Shown here piece after piece: positions 7,917 to 11,093 of a stretch of 11,093 nucleotides of DNA. The notes below the pieces were generated by a model. That model was given only the letters and a program-made list of their open reading frames with translations, did not search any database and was not told the origin of the DNA. Made by a program: the position numbers and the translations under genes. The DNA is from Sandaracinaceae bacterium (GTDB taxonomy: Bacteria; Myxococcota_A; Polyangia; Polyangiales; Sandaracinaceae), in NCBI GenBank assembly GCA_044220955.1, contig JBGAQA010000153.1, positions 1-11,093 of the forward strand, given 5' to 3'. Position 1 is the first letter of the stretch. Every line of letters begins with the position of its first letter.

Positions 7917-8007
7917 GAGGTCGAGAACGAGGTCGAGAGCGAGGTCGAGAACGAGGTCGAGAACGAGGTCGAGAACGAGGTCGAGAACGAGGTCGAGAAC
8001 GAGGTCG
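7917..8007 (+). repeat. Tandem 12-mer array (GAGGTCGAGAAC)x7 plus a partial unit, equal to 15 GAGnnC hexamers
   Basis: Units start at 7917, 7929 (variant GAGAGC), 7941, 7953, 7965, 7977 and 7989, with a partial unit at 8001-8007. Intergenic. A small GAGCGAGAGCGAG patch also lies at 7858-7870. Confidence 0.95.
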
Positions 8008-8036
8008 CGATCCTCTCGACGCCCAGCGGTTCCGCG

Positions 8037-8648
8037 TCACGTCGGCCAGCCGCTCTCCTCCGGGCTCCACTCGTCGGCCTTCCACCACGGCCGCGGACCG
8101 AAGAACGCCGCGATCGTGACGTCGTCGGGCTGGAGCGTCCAGCGCTCGGCGCCTCGGTACCCACCGAACCCCGCCTCGCGGACCAGGCAGCCCGTTGCGC
8201 TCACGTGCTCCCCCGGGCGGATCGTCGCCGTGCAGCGCCGCACGAGATCGCGATCGGGGACAGCCCGCGCGATCTCCTCGGTCCGGATCGCCATCTTCGT
8301 GGTGTCGACCGCGACGCGGCCGGCCGGAGTGACGATGAAGAAGGGACGCGTCGCGATGCGTCGCCCCGTCTCGGTCCAGACCGTGTAGCGGTGGTGCTTG
8401 CGCCGAAGGCGCGAGCCGACTTGATCGATGGTGAGCGTCGCGATCGGATCCGCATCCACGGCGACCGCCACGCCGACGATGCGTGCAGGGCCCTCGGTCA
8501 GTCGATCCGTCGGCTCCTCGTCGACTCCCCGCGCGAGCGTTCGACGAAGCAACGTCTGGACGAGGATCGGGGGCGCGACGAGCACCAGCCAGATCAGCGC
8601 GATCACCCCCGCGAGGAGCGGGAGGAGGGAGACGATCTCGGGCCGCAT
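8037..8648 (-). CDS. Membrane-anchored hypothetical protein, GIDE-domain-like, 203 aa
   Basis: SD-like GAGGAAG upstream. N-terminal hydrophobic segment (LLPLLAGVIALIWLVLVAPPIL). The motifs PFFIVTPAGRVAVD and TIRPGEHVSATG resemble bacterial GIDE-like domains; this was recognised by eye and not searched. Confidence 0.6.
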   Translation of the reverse strand: MRPEIVSLLPLLAGVIALIWLVLVAPPILVQTLLRRTLARGVDEEPTDRLTEGPARIVGVAVAVDADPIATLTIDQVGSRLRRKHHRYTVWTETGRRIATRPFFIVTPAGRVAVDTTKMAIRTEEIARAVPDRDLVRRCTATIRPGEHVSATGCLVREAGFGGYRGAERWTLQPDDVTIAAFFGPRPWWKADEWSPEESGWPT

Positions 8649-8700
8649 CGAGCTTCCTCGCCGGGTCGAACGCGGCGGAGCACTGGTCTATTCGAGCGTC

Positions 8701-8724
8701 GCCCTCGCTCTCGCCCTCGCTCTC
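8701..8724 (-). repeat. Short inverted hexamer array (GCCCTC GCTCTC)x2, i.e. GAGnnC on the minus strand
   Basis: Read directly. It abuts, and overlaps by 2 nt, the coaBC 5' duplicate. Confidence 0.85.
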
Positions 8725-8815
8725 ATGGCGACCCGCACCTTCGCGCCCTGGCACACCAGCTCGCGCGCGATGACGGGGGACTCGTAGGCGGCGACGCCGC
8801 CTGCGCGGTCATCGC
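8723..8815 (-). pseudogene. coaBC: Decayed duplicate of the coaBC 5' end (first ~37 codons)
   Basis: 8723-8801 aligns ungapped to 7700-7778 with 8 mismatches in 79 nt (GGVAAYESPVIARELVCQGAKVRVAM vs GGIAAYKAPIIARELVRRGAEVRVAM). Two deletions of about 17 and 5 nt separate this block from a retained ATG at 8812, causing a frameshift. Confidence 0.9.
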
Positions 8816-8834
8816 CGCCGCTCCCCGAGCAGCG

Positions 8835-9356
8835 TCACCCCTGGCTGCCCTGGAGCACGATCGGGTAGACGATCACGGTCTCGGCGCCGCGCGAGGGGCA
8901 GTACGTCGCGCCGCGCAGCGCGTCGACGACGCTCCCGCTCGCGGCCGAGTCGACCGTGCTCGACACCACGGTCGCGGAGGTGACCTCGCCCGTCGCGCCG
9001 ACGACCAGGCGGACGACGACGCGGCCTGTCGCGGAGCACGTCGTGGAGAGCGGATGCAGTGCGAGCCGCACGCGGTCGCGGATCGCGGCCGTCGGGCTGT
9101 CCCCGTCGGGCGGGCAGTCGCGCGCCGCGGGCGGCGCCTCGCTCGTGCTCCCCGGCATGCACGCGAGCGCGTCGTCCTCGAAGTCGTACTCGCTCGCGCC
9201 TCCGCTGCTCGGCGCATCGCCCGCCGAGCTCGTCGCGTCGTCACCGCCCGAGCTGCTCGCGGACGAGGCGCCCGTCGATGACGACGAGGGGCCCCCGCAA
9301 GCGGCGAGCGCCAGCGCGCTCGAGACGACGACCAGAGCCCTCGAAGAACGCCGCAT
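8835..9356 (-). CDS. Lipoprotein with a Ser/Gly-rich linker and an AgmX/PglI (TonB C-terminal-like) domain, 173 aa
   Basis: Strong SD GGGAGGT and lipobox LAAC (Cys20). The C-terminus GRVVVRLVVGATGEVTSATVVSST...VIVYPIVL fits the TonB-C-like / myxobacterial AgmX-PglI tail pattern. Confidence 0.75.
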   Translation of the reverse strand: MRRSSRALVVVSSALALAACGGPSSSSTGASSASSSGGDDATSSAGDAPSSGGASEYDFEDDALACMPGSTSEAPPAARDCPPDGDSPTAAIRDRVRLALHPLSTTCSATGRVVVRLVVGATGEVTSATVVSSTVDSAASGSVVDALRGATYCPSRGAETVIVYPIVLQGSQG

Positions 9357-9498
9357 CCGTACCTCCCAGCCGGACGTCCGTCCGGTTGGGTGAGCGTACC
9401 GGTGGAGAAGGATCGGGCGCTCGGAGGCCCGTGCCCACGGTCACACGGTGGCGGCGCGGTTGACGACTCCGTCGCGGCCGACCACCGGCCCCGCTCGC

Positions 9499-10818
9499 CT
9501 ACCGCGCCATGGGGTTCCAGAACTCGATCGGCACCGTCACCTCGAGCCGCGTACGCCCGGCGAACAGGCCGCTCGGCACCGGGTCGAGCGGGAGGGCGCG
9601 GTCGAGCGCGGCGCGGGCCGCGGCGTCCAGATCCGAGAAGCCGCTGGTCCGGATCAGGCGCGGGCTGCCCTCGATCGATCCGTCGCGGCGCACGGTGAGG
9701 CGGAAGACGCTCGTGCCCTGATCCATCGCGAGCTGGCGGGCGCGCGGGAATTCGAGGACGTCGGTGACGCGCCGTCGGAGCGCGCCGAGCCAGCGCACGT
9801 AGCGCGCGTCGCTCGTGTCGAGGGCCGCGAAGGGGCCCGGTCCATCGCCCCGCGCCAGCGCGCGGCCGCCCTCGCGCACGCCGCCGCCGCTGCCCGTCGG
9901 TCCGGCTCCCGTGACGCCCCCCACCCCGTCTCCCGTGCGCGGCGCCGATCGCTCCGTGGCCTCGACGAGCGACTGGGAGGGCGAGGTCGCGAGCAGCTCC
10001 GAGCGGCGCTCGTCGCGCGGGCGGTCGCGCACCTGGGTCGTGGTCGCGGCGGGGCCGAGGTCCACCTGCGGTCGGCCGAACGCCACGGCCGCCGCCTCGC
10101 TCGCGCGCGTGCCGCTGCCGTCGAGGATGCCGACGCCGGGAGAGTCCGCCGTGGCGCCCGGTTCGGTCCGGGCCTCGACGCCGGCGCGCGGCTCGGTCTG
10201 GAGGTCGCCCGCCTGCGTGGGGCTCGCGCCGCCCGCGCTGCTGGCGTCGGGCGCGCGCTCGGCGCCCTCGGTCGCGTCGAGCGCCGCGAGCGTCCTGCGC
10301 TCGCGGTGCGGACCGCTGCCCGACGCGAGGAAGGGCTCGTCGTGCGGCGAGGGCGTCGCGCGACGGTCCTCCCACGATGCGCGATCGCGCGCGGTGTCGA
10401 TGCGCTGGGTCTGGCCGACGCCCGTCGCGTTGAGCGTGGCGTCGGTGAGCGTGAGCGGCGCGTCACTCGGCAGGAGCAAGAGCACCGCGCTCGCGCCCAC
10501 GCCGTCGCCGCCACGGCCCGGGTCGTCGGCATCGACGTTCTGCGGCGACTCCGCCCCGCCCGGCGACAGGCGTGCGGCGGGCGTGTCCGCCAGCGCCGCG
10601 CCGTCGTGCGCCGGGCCGTCCCCGGCCCTCAGGTCGATCTCGAACGTCGTCAGTCGCGGGGGCAGGGGCGGGGCGTCCCCGACGCGCGGCATGACCCACA
10701 CGGCGCCGACGTGCGCGACGAGCGAGAGGAGCGCGAAGCTCGCGAGCGCGCGCGTCGCATCGCGCGATCCGGGCTCTCGGCCGGGGCGGCGGGCATGGCG
10801 ACGGGCACGGGGTCCCAT
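9499..10818 (-). CDS. TonB-family energy-transducer-like protein, 439 aa
   Basis: Single N-terminal TM helix with an SxxxH motif (LLSLVAHVGAVW), a long low-complexity periplasmic linker, and a TonB C-terminal domain (FPRARQLAMDQGTSVFRLTVRRDGSI...TSGFSDLDAAARAAL). Confidence 0.85.
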   Translation of the reverse strand: MGPRARRHARRPGREPGSRDATRALASFALLSLVAHVGAVWVMPRVGDAPPLPPRLTTFEIDLRAGDGPAHDGAALADTPAARLSPGGAESPQNVDADDPGRGGDGVGASAVLLLLPSDAPLTLTDATLNATGVGQTQRIDTARDRASWEDRRATPSPHDEPFLASGSGPHRERRTLAALDATEGAERAPDASSAGGASPTQAGDLQTEPRAGVEARTEPGATADSPGVGILDGSGTRASEAAAVAFGRPQVDLGPAATTTQVRDRPRDERRSELLATSPSQSLVEATERSAPRTGDGVGGVTGAGPTGSGGGVREGGRALARGDGPGPFAALDTSDARYVRWLGALRRRVTDVLEFPRARQLAMDQGTSVFRLTVRRDGSIEGSPRLIRTSGFSDLDAAARAALDRALPLDPVPSGLFAGRTRLEVTVPIEFWNPMAR

Positions 10819-10824
10819 ACCTCT

Positions 10825-10830
10825 ACTGTA
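10825..10830 (-). promoter_or_regulatory. Putative -10 element (TACAGT) for the TonB-family gene, possibly leaderless
   Basis: Minus strand reads TACAGT-AGAGGT-ATG, a 6-nt spacer. The GAGG is too close to the ATG to serve as an SD. Confidence 0.45.
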
Positions 10831-10876
10831 CGCCGCGGGCCACCAGGGTTCCCGTGGATCGTGCCGGGCGGTTTTG

Positions 10877-10905
10877 TTGACCGCCGGGGCCCCGGTGTCG
10901 AACCT
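10877..10905 (+). promoter_or_regulatory. Putative promoter TTGACC-N17-GAACCT
   Basis: TTGACC at 10877-10882, 17-nt spacer, GAACCT at 10900-10905, then 6 nt to ATG 10912. Confidence 0.4.
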
Positions 10906-10911
10906 CCGGCC

Positions 10912-11093
10912 ATGCGGGCGGAGTCCCTCGATCGAGTGCGAAAGGTGGCGTCGGCGCTGGCGTTCGTGCTGGCGCTCGGCCTCGCTGCGCGCGCTGGCGC
11001 CGCGCTCGCGCGCGGATCGAGCGCGTCCGCTCCGACGGCGCTCCCGGTGCTCGTGGCCGGGGCCGCGCTCGACGCGGCCGAGACGCCCGCCGC
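10912..11093 (+). CDS. 5' part of a membrane or secreted protein, truncated by the window end
   Basis: ATG 10912 opens a frame to the window edge: MRAESLDRVRKVASALAFVLALGLAARAGAALARGSSASAPTALPVLVAG... (basic N-region followed by a hydrophobic helix). Confidence 0.6.
   Translation, partial: MRAESLDRVRKVASALAFVLALGLAARAGAALARGSSASAPTALPVLVAGAALDAAETPA

Noticed and set aside
7917..8007. CRISPR array
   Set aside because: Contiguous 12-bp tandem units with no unique spacers and no cas genes.
7700..8801. DGR template/variable repeat pair (coaBC 5' end vs its copy)
   Set aside because: The mismatches are not adenine-specific on either strand, there are deletions, and there is no reverse transcriptase in the window.
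7899..9281. 460-aa ORF with EVEN repeats, and other ORFs crossing the 12-mer array
   Set aside because: These are translations of a stop-free DNA repeat followed by Arg-rich antisense shadow of real minus-strand genes.
9446..9487. Imperfect hairpin downstream of the TonB-family gene as an intrinsic terminator
   Set aside because: The stem is bulged and GC-rich with no U-tract, which is plausible by chance at this GC content.

Overview
Very GC-rich bacterial DNA. The gene content (Cys-rich lipoprotein, Ser/Thr kinase-FGE fusion, AgmX/PglI-like C-terminal domain) suggests Myxococcota, which is an inference. In order: peptide deformylase def (+); a convergent two-lipoprotein operon (-) encoding a parallel beta-helix protein and a 45-Cys protein; a divergent Hanks kinase fused to an FGE/SUMF1 domain (+); coaBC (-); a 203-aa GIDE-like membrane protein (-); an AgmX/PglI/TonB-C-like lipoprotein (-); a TonB-family protein (-); and the 5' end of a divergent gene (+). 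The most striking structure is non-coding. def and the 203-aa gene are each bracketed by inverted arrays of GAGnnC hexamers: a long GAG-strand array on the left and a 4-unit CTC-strand array on the right. The second bracketed unit also lies between intact coaBC and a decayed, frameshifted duplicate of the coaBC 5' end, 1023 bp away, which abuts the array exactly. This suggests a repeat-bounded single-gene cassette that inserted into the 5' end of coaBC with no recombinase in the window. Several genes also show -10-like hexamers 6-8 nt before the start codon, consistent with leaderless transcription.
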